64,000 nt of DNA from Phoronis australis (Eukaryota > Animalia > Phoronida): assembly GCA_002633005.1 (NCBI GenBank), contig NMRA01000384.1:349504-413503 (forward strand), written 5' to 3'. Shown here one piece after another: positions 25,901-37,900 of this stretch (the first letter of the stretch is position 1; every line of letters starts with the position of its first letter). Position numbers and translations under genes: made by a program. The notes below the pieces were generated by a model. It was given only the letters and a program-made list of their open reading frames with translations. It ran no database searches and was not told the origin of the DNA.

Positions 25901-28900
25901 TAATAGAGCAAGAAGGAACGTGGCTGCACCAGCACCACCTAGTGAATGCAATTCCTCATCAACCTTTTACTTCGTACCTTATTGATTTCCTTCACAGTCA
26001 TCTCCATCTGGTTCCGCCTCCCTTCCAATGTCTTGACCTCTGACCTTATGGACTCCAACTCGTCTTGAGCTCGCACCAACTGAACGCTGGCCTCCTCTAC
26101 TCTTGCCTCTAGTTCCACCGAGTCCTGCACGGTGGCACTGTACTTCTGCTGGGCGTCATCGTACTTCTGCACAGTGTCCTGGGCCTAATTGGAAAATTAA
26201 GACACTAGCGAGAGACAAAATGCAACTACCACGGACGATAATGCAAAAAATCCTAACGATTAATTTTGAATTGACGTACCGTGCATTCACTCACAATGTA
26301 CAGAAAGAACCAGACTAGAGCGGCAGTGGCCTCCATTAACATGACTAATAGTTCTATTCAAGCAGCTACCTGCCTTTCATTACACACTGTTCTTGCTGTA
26401 GGTCTCAGATTGTTCCTTTAAGTAAAAATAGACAATTTCTAGGATTTGAAATAAGTGACAGTTCGTTATTGATTGAGACTTAGGCTCTTCAAGCTGGCTT
26501 GTCAAGGCGTGTCTCAAGCAGTACTGGTCTGTTAGTAATATGCAAGACTACCTCGGCAGAGTAACGAACACGTGGAGACCAATTTTGTGGCCAACAGTCA
26601 CATATAAAATGAAGCGCCAAAGGGTTCTTAAATGGCAGAGTACCTATCTGCGCATAAAAATGTGTTTGATCTACTGAACACTTTTGCTTAATCTACGCAA
26701 TCAGTTTGTATAGTCCAATCACACCTGTGATCTCAAATTAATTAAGAGCAGAACTATGATCATTTAAGAACTAAAAGTACGTGTAGAACAAGCAAAAGTA
26801 TGCCTACCTTTAATCATGCGTACTTTTACACCAAGATTAGACAAAATCAGCATAAATTAAGCAAAAGTACCTGTAGATTAATAAGTATGAGGTACTCGTT
26901 TAAGAACCCCTTGGTGCTTCATACTTTATAAGGGGTGTTCACGTTTTGAGAACCAGTTTAATGCACATTCTCCAGTAGATGAAACTGGTTCTCAAAATGC
27001 AGGGCCCCAGAAAGTGACTATTATCGTAAGTCATCTACTCAAAAAAAATTTTTTTTTGCCACGCAACACAAGTTTATTGCTGCTTTCACCAATCAATAAG
27101 TTTGACTTTAGTCAAAATTACGGACATTTTCCTCCAACAAATTAACACTGGACCTCAACTGACCCCTCCTACATCACTCACTCGACCTCAACTGACCCCT
27201 CCTACATCACTCACTCGACCTCAACTGACCGCTCCAACATCACTCACGTGTTTTCTTGCCTCGTCTAAATCTTGTTCACATTCGTGCAGTAGTTCGTCTG
27301 CCGCTCTTAACTCCGCCCGACGTTTTGCAATGGTTTCCTCCAGACAGCATATCTCGTCTTGCAAATACTGACGACGGTCTTCGCTGATCTCTTCATCATC
27401 ATCGTAATCAGAGTTTGTCGTGTCAAAGTCACGCCTTCCCTCCAAGAATTCTCTTTAAATTTGAGTACCAGTAGATATTCAATAAATGTAATAGAACAAT
27501 CACTTCCATAATCACTAATACTTCAACTGCCATGTAACATTTGAAACGTGTATAGCTGTTATTACATTGCAACACTGGCTATCATTTTAAAATCCAGTTT
27601 CAATGTAAAATGATACACATTTCATTTTACTTAATACTGTAAAATTTCTAAAAATTCAAGACACAAAATGGCAGACAAGTCAAAATTTATTTCCTTATTT
27701 TTTCATAAAAGATATGCAACATCAAATAAATGCTTTACCAAGTTCAAGGCTGGTACCATAGCAACCAAGAGAAAAATTTAAAAAATGTGGGCATTCACAA
27801 CAATGTTAAGACTTAGAAAAACAAAAAAGGCATTTTTTTTTCTCCGAAGTTGGTGACATTTTATAATAATGTAAAACCTTAAATTACCTGAAATGACTAC
27901 ATCACAACTTTATGTGTGGTATTTTCTCTCCTAAGTACTTATCTACTGCAGAAATGCATACTAAATAAGTGCAGTATTTTCCAGCCCTTTCGGTATTTCA
28001 TTGGATTTGCCCATGTTTCTTTCTTATAACAAAAGTATAGCTTTGTGAAAAATAGGTATTCACGTCAACGCCAACGCTCACCTAAGCATCAATCAGCAAT
28101 TTGCCAAAGCTTTAAAATCCGATTTGGTTAACACATGTGAGTGTCGTGCTCTTGAGTAAAGAGTGATGTGCTTTCAAAATAACGTGGAAACTATTAATTT
28201 TGAGTTGTGGATACCATTGAATTGCAGCTGAGAACACTGCAACCCTTCAATGGCTTTTCCAATCTCAGTTTTGATAATGGCACTTACCAATACCAGAGCC
28301 AACCACCGACTTGCAGACTGAGGCAAAGTTTTAAAAGAGAATTACTTTTGATGTTTTTTATAAAACAAATTCATGTCTACCTTTACTCCATTCCAAAGAC
28401 ACAGACAGGCATGGCGACATCACTTGGTATCGCATGAATTATCTATTTTTCCATTATTATTATGATTGTACAAATGACCTCCTTTCCATAGGTGGCGAAT
28501 ATGCAGACACATCAGAGACCAATATTGATGTTAGTATAGGCTAGATAATTAAGCTATTGATTAGCCATCATGCGCTTCTTTACAATGTCGGTTTTAGAAA
28601 CAGTTCAAAAGAATTTTCAAGTGGAGAATAAAAGAACAAATTTCAAGATTCAACTTGATATCAAGCTAAATAATTTGAATTTTTTTCGTACAAAACACCG
28701 AACATCCACAACGTAATGGATAAATTTCTCAACAAAAATACCCTACAGGAAAATTTGTTTTGCTTTTAGCATGATTTGCATAGGATAGCTATTACCAAAC
28801 AACAAGACTGTGGTAAAATGTTAAGCCTCTGAAAATTAGATATATGTCAATCTTATCAATTACTCTTGTCCCAAATGGAAGATTTTTTTACCAAAGTATG

Positions 28901-31900
28901 CCCCTCCACTAGTAACGGCCTGAGTATCATTAACAACTAGTTGGGAGGCAATCCCTCACTATTGTCTCACCTCTTTCTCCTCCGTCTTTCTTCTTGTCGC
29001 TCTTTCTGCCTCTTCTGACTGGTCTTCAGATCTTCTAGCTCTTGCAGTGCCCTCTTTTGGCTGTGACCCAGTTCCACCTCAACATCTTGCATCCGCCTCA
29101 AGTTGACCTTCTGCTGCTCTATAGCTAGGTCAAGCCCTTCCAACTCACGCCGACGGCTCTGAACAAAATGGAACAATAAACGTCTAAAACACAGACTGAG
29201 CTACATCTTATCCAATAATGACATCCCAGGATTTGCTACAGAATCAGTGCAGTAATGTGAGATTAAATTATAGCAAGCTCACCTTTGAACCGATTACAAA
29301 GTGTGACATTATCGGAGGTAAAACCTTTTTTTCTTAAATCAGCCCCAGCTCGAATTTGAACTGTGAACTTTCGCGTTCACAGCCAAACGCTCTACTGACG
29401 AGCTAAATCACACTTGATAAATGACCAATGAATTCAAGCGTATTTAACTAGTAAAGTCACCGATGTTGATTTCACAATTATAAAAACTCTATCCCATCCA
29501 ACACTGAACCCCAATAATGTAATGTGCTTTGGCCACAAAAATGTCCCAGGCCTGTAGTTCACTGCAATGCCACTGAAGTTTCTCATAATTGTTGGTGCCT
29601 TGCTTTTTCAAGCTTTTTCCCAACTACAATAACTATATTTGACCTTCCAATGCCAGCGAAGTTTTACTGCTAAGCCATGGGCAGCAACTCCGATGTCAAA
29701 AAGTGGGATGAACTTGAAGAGCAGATGCTATTGATGTGATATTTTCTGACACGATTCCTAGAATCAGCCCGACAATTCTCAAACGAGGACATTGTAACAA
29801 CACGTTTTTCTACCTTCATGGCAAAGGAGATTTCTATCAGGTACTGTTCTATTCCACAAAAATTGACAATTATCTTAATAATTCCTAAGGTCTGTTTCAA
29901 AACAAATCTTATTGCTTTGAAGACTATGAATTTTTATTTTGCCATTTTTAAATTTGCAGCTACCTGTTCACCTATCTGGTGTTGCCCAACTGTTCATTGA
30001 TTCGGCATTACTGTTTCTGTTTCTGTTTCTGTGGTGACGTCAGAGGGTAGGCACCGGAATAGTCAATGACTCTCCTCCTTCCAGTATCGGACAAAATGTA
30101 AATTTGGAGATGCAACCAAGTTTGTGCTGGTTACACAGAGGCTGAAAACTGTTCAATCATGGGTTATCGGAGCTAGGGAGCNNNNNNNNNNNNNNNNNNN
30201 NNNNNNNNNNNNNNNNNNNNNNNNNNNNNNNNNNNNNNNNNNNNNNNNNNNNNNNNNNNNNNNNNNNNNNNNNNNNNNNNNNNNNNNNNNNNNNNNNNNN
30301 NNNNNNNNNNNNNNNNNNNNNNNNNNNNNNNNNNNNNNNNNNNNNNNNNNNNNNNNNNNNNNNNNNNNNNNNNNNNNNNNNNNNNNNNNNNNNNNNNNNN
30401 NNNNNNNNNNNNNNNNNNNNNNNNNNNNNNNNNNNNNNNNNNNNNNNNNNNNNNNNNNNNNNNNNNNNNNNNNNNNNNNNNNNNNNNNNNNNNNNNNNNN
30501 NNNNNNNNNNNNNNNNNNNNNNNNNNNNNNNNNNNNNNNNNNNNNNNNNNNNNNNNNNATTAGCGGGCTAAAAACTGGTCATGTGAAAGATTCCTGGATC
30601 CCTCTGTTCAGCTCTACTAATGGTCTCTTCACCAGTGTTTATATACCAGGACACTGTGGCATCTCATTCAACGTCAAGGCGGATGAGCTTGCAGGCATCG
30701 TAGAACCGATTGCCATCCTGCTCCTTACACCAGCAGATGTAATCTCTAGAGTGCATGAATCGCTTACAGATGCCGAGATTGTACAACAGTAGACATTACT
30801 AGTTTTAAAATTTCCCAACTACATACAAATTTGCGATCAAAATGGCATGTGTCGAGACTAGACACCTGCTTTCGAGTGTAATAAAAGCATCCCTTCATCA
30901 GGAACGAAGAGAAAGAGTTCTTAAACAAAGCAAAGGAGAGGGATGTGGGAATAGAAAAAATGAAAGATGTGGGAGAGGAAATGGGAATGCAGAGGAACCG
31001 AGGAGAATTTTTCCAATGTGATCAAACCAAAGGGTTCAACAAAGTCCTTCTAAGTCTTGACAGGTTGGGCATAAGACGCATTACTGAAATTTTGACAGAC
31101 CACAGTAACCTAGCCCGACGCAGACACATCACTGGGCATATGGGGAGCCCAGTTTGTCCCGAGTGTGGTAATGACGTTGAAATCCCTAAACACTTGGTAG
31201 AGTGGCACTGTTACATGCTTACAACATATTGTACATGGCAACAAACGGAAGAGAGGTAGACTTCAAAACTTCCTTTACGAAGAACCTCTTGATAGATAAC
31301 CTGGCTTTCAGGTGTTTTATGCTGCAATGGGTCCAACCTGGACCTGCGCACGTCTGATGCACCGCAAGTGACATCAGACCACCTACACTTTTCAAAATGG
31401 GAATAGTTAGAAGTAGAGGCTCACGTAATTTTGAACAGGTTAGTGTAAGAAGGACTTAGCACCACTTGACTTCATACCCGTTGAAGGACTGCATATATTA
31501 GGATCAAAAGTTAGTGTTAATGCAGGCAGTGAATATATAGTTTCCCAATTTGCCTAGAGATGGCGTTCTCAATCACCTAGTGCCTCAGTTATATTTTAGG
31601 GCGTTGTCTCAGGGTTAAGTCATGATTTAAGCAACCCCCCTTTCGGACGTATTATTTCCATTGGTTGTGTAAGTTGAGATACTGTCTGGGTCAATCAGCT
31701 TTCAGTATGTTTTCGCGGAGTATTTAAACGTCCGAACAAGCACCAGTTGCCTTATTCTCTCCTGGATTGTCATATGTATCGTGTGTTGATTACCAGACTG
31801 TTTTTGAGGCAAACGCTGTAAGTATACATTTGGTTATCGTTCAACGTTAGATACCAATTTTTTGAATAGCTGTGCATTTGTAGTTTGTGTTTTGTCAGCT

Positions 31901-34900
31901 GTAGACTAGACTTGTCTATAGACCTAGACATGCTGTTACGTTGCAACCATTGTGCTTTTTGGTAGTCAATTATTATGTTTACAGATTTCTTGTTGTATGC
32001 ATATTTCTATTTTGTGAACTAGTTTTGCGGAGTGCTACAGTTGTCTATACGAGTTGTTCTGGCTTGGAACTTTAGGGGTTTATTCCGCCATGAGTTTGTA
32101 TTTCCTCAAGTGCGGTTTCCGTTAGACATTAATTAAACATGACGTAGAAGGTGTAACGATATCGTGGTGGTTGCTTAATGCTAATGGTAAAGTTTAGACT
32201 TAGTAACTTGGACTGTTTTTGTAAACGTTTCAGATAACCGATACGAACACTGATGCAAAACGATGTATCAACGATAAACGATAACGTAATAAAGTATATC
32301 GAGTTGTAGACACCTCTTTCTCTATTGCATCAACGTTTGAGCAGCAATAGTTAGTGTCTTTAATAAAAATTTTGTTACCAGAATTCATAGTGTTAACTAG
32401 CTTCTGCACTTATGTCTAGCCAGTTGTTTGTCTGCTTATTGGTTTAAGGCATTTCTACACTATTTCCTAACTACCTCTAATTCTGAAGTCAGTTGTTTAG
32501 CTGCAGTTGCCCCACTTTCCCTTTCCACTTCCGCCTGTTTCATTTGGGTCAGCCTCTCTTTCAGTTTCTGCACCTTTTTCTGTAGCTTGTTCACATAATC
32601 CTCCTGAGAAAATCATCAAAAATTAATTATTAACCTCGTGTTTGTCACACTGGTGAACATCATGCCAGACTTCTAGTCTCTACAGGGTTTCTTTTGTTTC
32701 GAAGCTATAGTCCGCAAAAAGACCAACTGATGATCTTCATAGTAGTCAAAATAAAATGAACAAATATTTGATCTCAACTTCAGTGCTTTTATCATCCATA
32801 AGTATAACTACCAAAACTCTTCACTAAACATATGCCACACAATACGGCCAACAAGTGAAATTTCAATTTGTCAAAGTACCAGATCGTGATGCTCAGGCAC
32901 ACTGCACACAAAGGTCTCCTCTTCAGCTTTGTCAGTCTTCTTGAGGATACTTTTCATAGGTGTTACAGGCACTGCTGCCACCTATAGAAGAGAGAAATAG
33001 CTACGGCATCACAGTTGGTTGGCAAATCAACTTCACTGCTCGGTAACCCTTAAAAATGTGATTCACAGTGTCAAAGGATCTAGATGAATCTAGAAAATTA
33101 AGGGTACTGATTCAGAATCACAATATGATTTGAGCTCTAAACACAAGCCTGAGTTTATGAGCTACAAGTGGTAATCTGATTTTTGAGCATGTTGTCAAAT
33201 AATTTAAATTTGTAATGTCCTCCTATTAAGAAGCACACTTAGCTTCAACATTTTGACCAAACAAACTGCAGTTCAGGAGCCTGTTTTCCAAAACGTCACA
33301 AAATTGTGAAAGACCTCACAAATTGTTTCGAAAATCAACATTAAGTGAATGTTTCGCTAAAAGTTTAAACCTGCTTTAGACCTCAAAAAACACAGCACTC
33401 ATTAGCTACCACAGGTTTTAAGGCTTACGCACTTCAGGGAACAGGTTGCAAGTCTTATAGTGAACATGCCCATGTTTAATACAACATTTCATTTGTTTTA
33501 TTCAGAATCAACAATATACCTGACTGGCTCCTGGTCCTTGGCCCGCTGGAACCAGCAACGCCTGTGTGCCATCGCCAACTGTCTGCACTGCTGAACCGAC
33601 ATTTTGTTGATCAATTGGTACATACAGTTGGCCTGGTGTCAGACCAGTCTGAGCTCCCGGGGCAGGCGCCATCACTGCAGTTGGGGCTGTCTGACTAACT
33701 GGTACATATAGTTGCCCTGGAGTCAGGACAGACTGAGCTCCGGGGGTAGATGACATAAATCCTGTTGGCACTGTCTGAGCAACTGCAGCCAGTGGAACAG
33801 TCGGCTGACCGTTGAGTGGAGCAGCCATTGTTGTTTGAACTATGGCACCACTTGATGTCAGCATAGGCACACCGCCAACAGGTGGCACAGTAGTGGCACT
33901 GACAACCGGGGTCATTATAGGCAGAGGTACACTACCAACACCAGATGTCGTTAGTGGTATACCACCACCAAAAGCAGTGTTCCCCGGTTGCTGTCCTACA
34001 GAGGTGCCCGGGAACTGACTGTGAGCAGGAACATGGCCATGAGTAGGACCCGGTCCAGCAGCGAGGGTTTGGCTGAGGTGAGCTGGATAGCCCTGACTAG
34101 ACTGTTGGGGATGGTAAGGCTGCCCTGAGTCAGAGGGGTGAGTAAAGCCCGGCTGAAGAAGAGTAAAGTATAAAACCTAATACAATTCATGTAATTAGCA
34201 ACTCAATGGACATAATTGTTATGTTTCTGTGACATAATTGTGCAGCACAGCATCAAAACTGAACAGGGATTTGAGGACCTAGAACGGGTAGAGCTTAGAG
34301 TATTTGGGGAGTAAGTTTTTATGTTGCACAATCATGATGTGCAAAACACGACGTTCCATCTACACTCATGGCCATAAAGTGAAGACAGAACTAATTGTGC
34401 TTAATTTTGCAAAGATCGTGCAAAACGTTTGGGAGATGGTGCAGATACAAAAAGAACTTGGGCAAAAATCACCACCTAAAGACCAACTCACATCATTCTG
34501 TATTTCTAGAGAGATGCTTGTTTTCAACCATCTACTGCAACCCGTTTCAGACAATTTTAATCAAATTTTGGCAGAGTCTACATCTATTCGGTGAATTTCA
34601 CTAACAATAGTTACTATAATATCGATACGAGTTGCATGATGATGATGTCAGCCTACCAGTTGTCAGTGTGACTTGGTAATTACACAGGTGCATGGGGCAT
34701 AAGAACCAACCAAATTTGCAACGTGGTTTATGAGACTTCAAGGAAAACGTTATGTCAGCAGATGACTGGTACTCGTGCGATTGCCCTGCTGAGAAAGTAT
34801 TTACCTGGTCATAACCTGATCGTTCTTGGTCATAAATGTGCTCCAACTTCTCTGGATGGTGCCAACTGACCATCCGTTGACCTGGATGCGCCAGGGTCGG

Positions 34901-37900
34901 TTCAATGACGTGTCGCTGCCTATCTAGCTCGCGTCGAAGTCCATCAACTTCTTGTGTGAGAGCATCCACTTGATCTTCGTAGCCATCACCTGAAAGCATT
35001 AAGTGATAGTACCGAAAAGGAGAAACTATTGACAGGGCAAGTCATGTCGAATTCCCCACCAAAGTTCTGCGACAAAACCTTTCCAATTTCTGGCAGGTTA
35101 CAGTAACATTACTGTTATATGGTAGTAAACTCAGAAAGCATGATAACCACCACGGCATACATTGTGCAAAGCCCACGATAAAACTCTCACAAGTCATGAT
35201 GATCGGTGCAGCACTGCCATAATGAAAAAAACAAAGTGACCACATAAAGGCTTTCTATCATCATTTTTGATCAGCCACAATGATCTCTCCAAAAATACAC
35301 ACATTTGGCCCATTTTCAAAAATAGCTGAGAATTTCATCAAGATTTATTTCATAACTTCCTAAACTGCCTAAACTAAAAGAAATTAATTAGAAAAACTTG
35401 CATTTCCAAATGTTTTCTCTGAGTTGATGTTATATTCTCATAAAATAAAATCTGCCAAATGTCATTTACATTTCACTGCCATCCGATTTATCATGTCAAT
35501 CAAGGGATCACGCCCCACAAGATTCCTTCAACATTTATCCTGCCAATCAACAGATTTGATCTCAATATCTCCACCCACTTGAATTATATTACCTGCTGGT
35601 GCTTTACTGATCTTGTCAATCAAGTGATTCAGTCTCATAATCTCCGCCTTCTGAGCTTCCAGCAAGTCATTGAGTTGGTCAATCTCTGCTTGCTGGGATG
35701 CTGTAAATATTGCAGTGCCCATTGTAAGTTGATTGTTAAAAAGCAAAAAAAGAACAAATTGTAGACCCATAATCATCATTTTAACAAATCTGCACTTTCT
35801 GACATTTTTATCATCACGATAGAATTTAAAATTTACTTTGGTGCACTTTAGTATTACTTTACTTCAAAATACAAATAACAAGTTTAAGAAACAATTATTT
35901 GTACTGAATGTTCGTCGCTGGTTGCATTTTACCACCTTGTCAATATTTAAGAAATATATGACAGTCAAATCACCACTGACAGAACATGAGATACACCAAA
36001 AAGTACCAAATATTTCCCAAAGTCGGTAACACCAACTTTGGAAAACAAACCAACTGGACAGCCAGCTAATTCCGCAAAAGCCTTATCCAAAAATTGAAAT
36101 CAGCTTGGATTGCTACGAGAGAAAATTTAAAACGTTTGACAATAAACCGGAAATTATAGTTGAAAACTTGTGTGCTTCAATATTTGCTAATAACTGACTA
36201 GGGTAGCTTCCATCATCTAGCAACACACCAATAGCATGACCTGACCGGTCAGACTTCCTCATCGTGTCCTCAAGATGGCGCTGCTTTTCATCAAGTTCTT
36301 CCTGCAGACGTTCAATTTCATCTTCAGCCCGCTGAAGATCAGACGCCATGCGCTCAAGTCTGGGGTCAGGCTGGAAATATTCAAAGTAAGCTACAAACAT
36401 GACATGTACAAAAATGGTAAAACAATTTCTGTGCATGAGGTCAGTTGAAAATAAAACCCTCCATCCTTCCTTCCTCTCCTGTTCAATCCTCATACAAATC
36501 AACAATTTCTGTATTAAAGACCAGCTGAAAATAAATCACAAGTGAGCATGGTTGAACTATAACGCTATCCATTGAGGCTCAACTGAATATACGCCCAGTA
36601 AACGTACAAGTCAAGTCAATGGAAAAATTTTTAAGGATACTCAAAGTTTAGATAATGTGTGTGGTTGAACCCTGCAGCCTGTCCAGAAATGAACTCTATG
36701 TCATCAGTTGACATGTCATGTGGTTTGCAATATCTGTCTAAAATTCTTTCACACTGTTCAGACGTGCAAAACATTGATAGTTCTTTATTCTCAGAGGAAG
36801 CCATTTATTTCTGTCACCAAAAAATGGCGTACAGCAGCAACCCCTGTAATGAGAAGCCCAACAGCATCATTCCAAACAGCTAAACAGTAGACAATAATAC
36901 AGTACTTTTTGGGCCCTAAAGACAACCTCATTCAGTACGGCTCTTACCCTGTACTCGGGCAGACCGCCAGCCTGGGTTGGTCTGTTGGTCCAACCACGTC
37001 CATGTGAAGGGTCCTCGCCGCCAAAACCACCAGCCAACACACCCCTTCCCATAGTTCCCTGTGACTTAGATTGTGTTCCAGTGTCAACGTGTCTTTGCGA
37101 AGGCAAACGCCTACTTCTGTCATTCGCGTTTTGGTGGGGGCCACCGTACGGACCCTTGCCAACTCTCACCGTATCCCCACCCCTGCCATCAAGGAGTTCT
37201 GTCTCTTGCTGACGTAAGGCATTTTCCAGGCGTGCAATATAGTCCTGGGCATCCTTCAACTGGAAATGAAAACATGATATGCAATTAAAACCCTAAACCC
37301 TTTAAGAACACCCGGTTATTTGCATAGCCTCAAATTATCCCTTGAAGATGGCTGCAGACTAGGAGGTCTCAAAAGTCATCCGCGACGTCATCATCAATCC
37401 TAAGTGTGTCTCCTCATNGTTTGAACCCTGCAGCTTGTCCAGAAATGAACTCTATGTCATCAGTTGACATGTCATGTGGTTTGCAATATTTGTCTAAAAT
37501 TCTTTCACACTGTTCAGACGTGCAAAACATTGATAGTTCTTTATTCTCAGAGGAAGCCATTTATTTCTGTCACCAAAAAATGGTGTACAGCAGCAACCCC
37601 TGTAATGAGAAGCACAACAGCATCATTCCAAACAGCTAAATAGTAGACAATAATACAGCACTTTTTGGGCCCTAAAGACAACCTCATTCAATACGGCTCT
37701 TACCCTGTACTCGGGCAGACCACCAGCCTGGGTTGGTCTGTTGGTCCAACCACGTCCATGTGAGTGGTCCTGATTGCCAAAACCACCAGCCAACACACCC
37801 CTTCCCATAGTTCCCTGTGACTTAGATTGTGTTCCAGTGTCAACGTGTCTCTGCGAAGGCAAACGCCTACTTCTGTCATCCGCGTTTTGGTGGGGGCCAC

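Larger units (their letters stand above)
21808..27566. repeat. Tandem ~2.88-kb duplication containing CNTRL exons 26-28
   Basis: Copies ~21808-24684 and 24686-27566 joined by a single N at 24685; scattered SNPs and indels. Confidence 0.92.

Noticed and set aside
29341-29412. Functional tRNA gene
   Set aside because: Acceptor, anticodon and T stems do not pair properly; treated as a SINE head or pseudogene.
30040-30125. HDV-like ribozyme at the LINE 5' end
   Set aside because: I could not build the nested double pseudoknot by eye; an Infernal or RNAMotif search would be needed.
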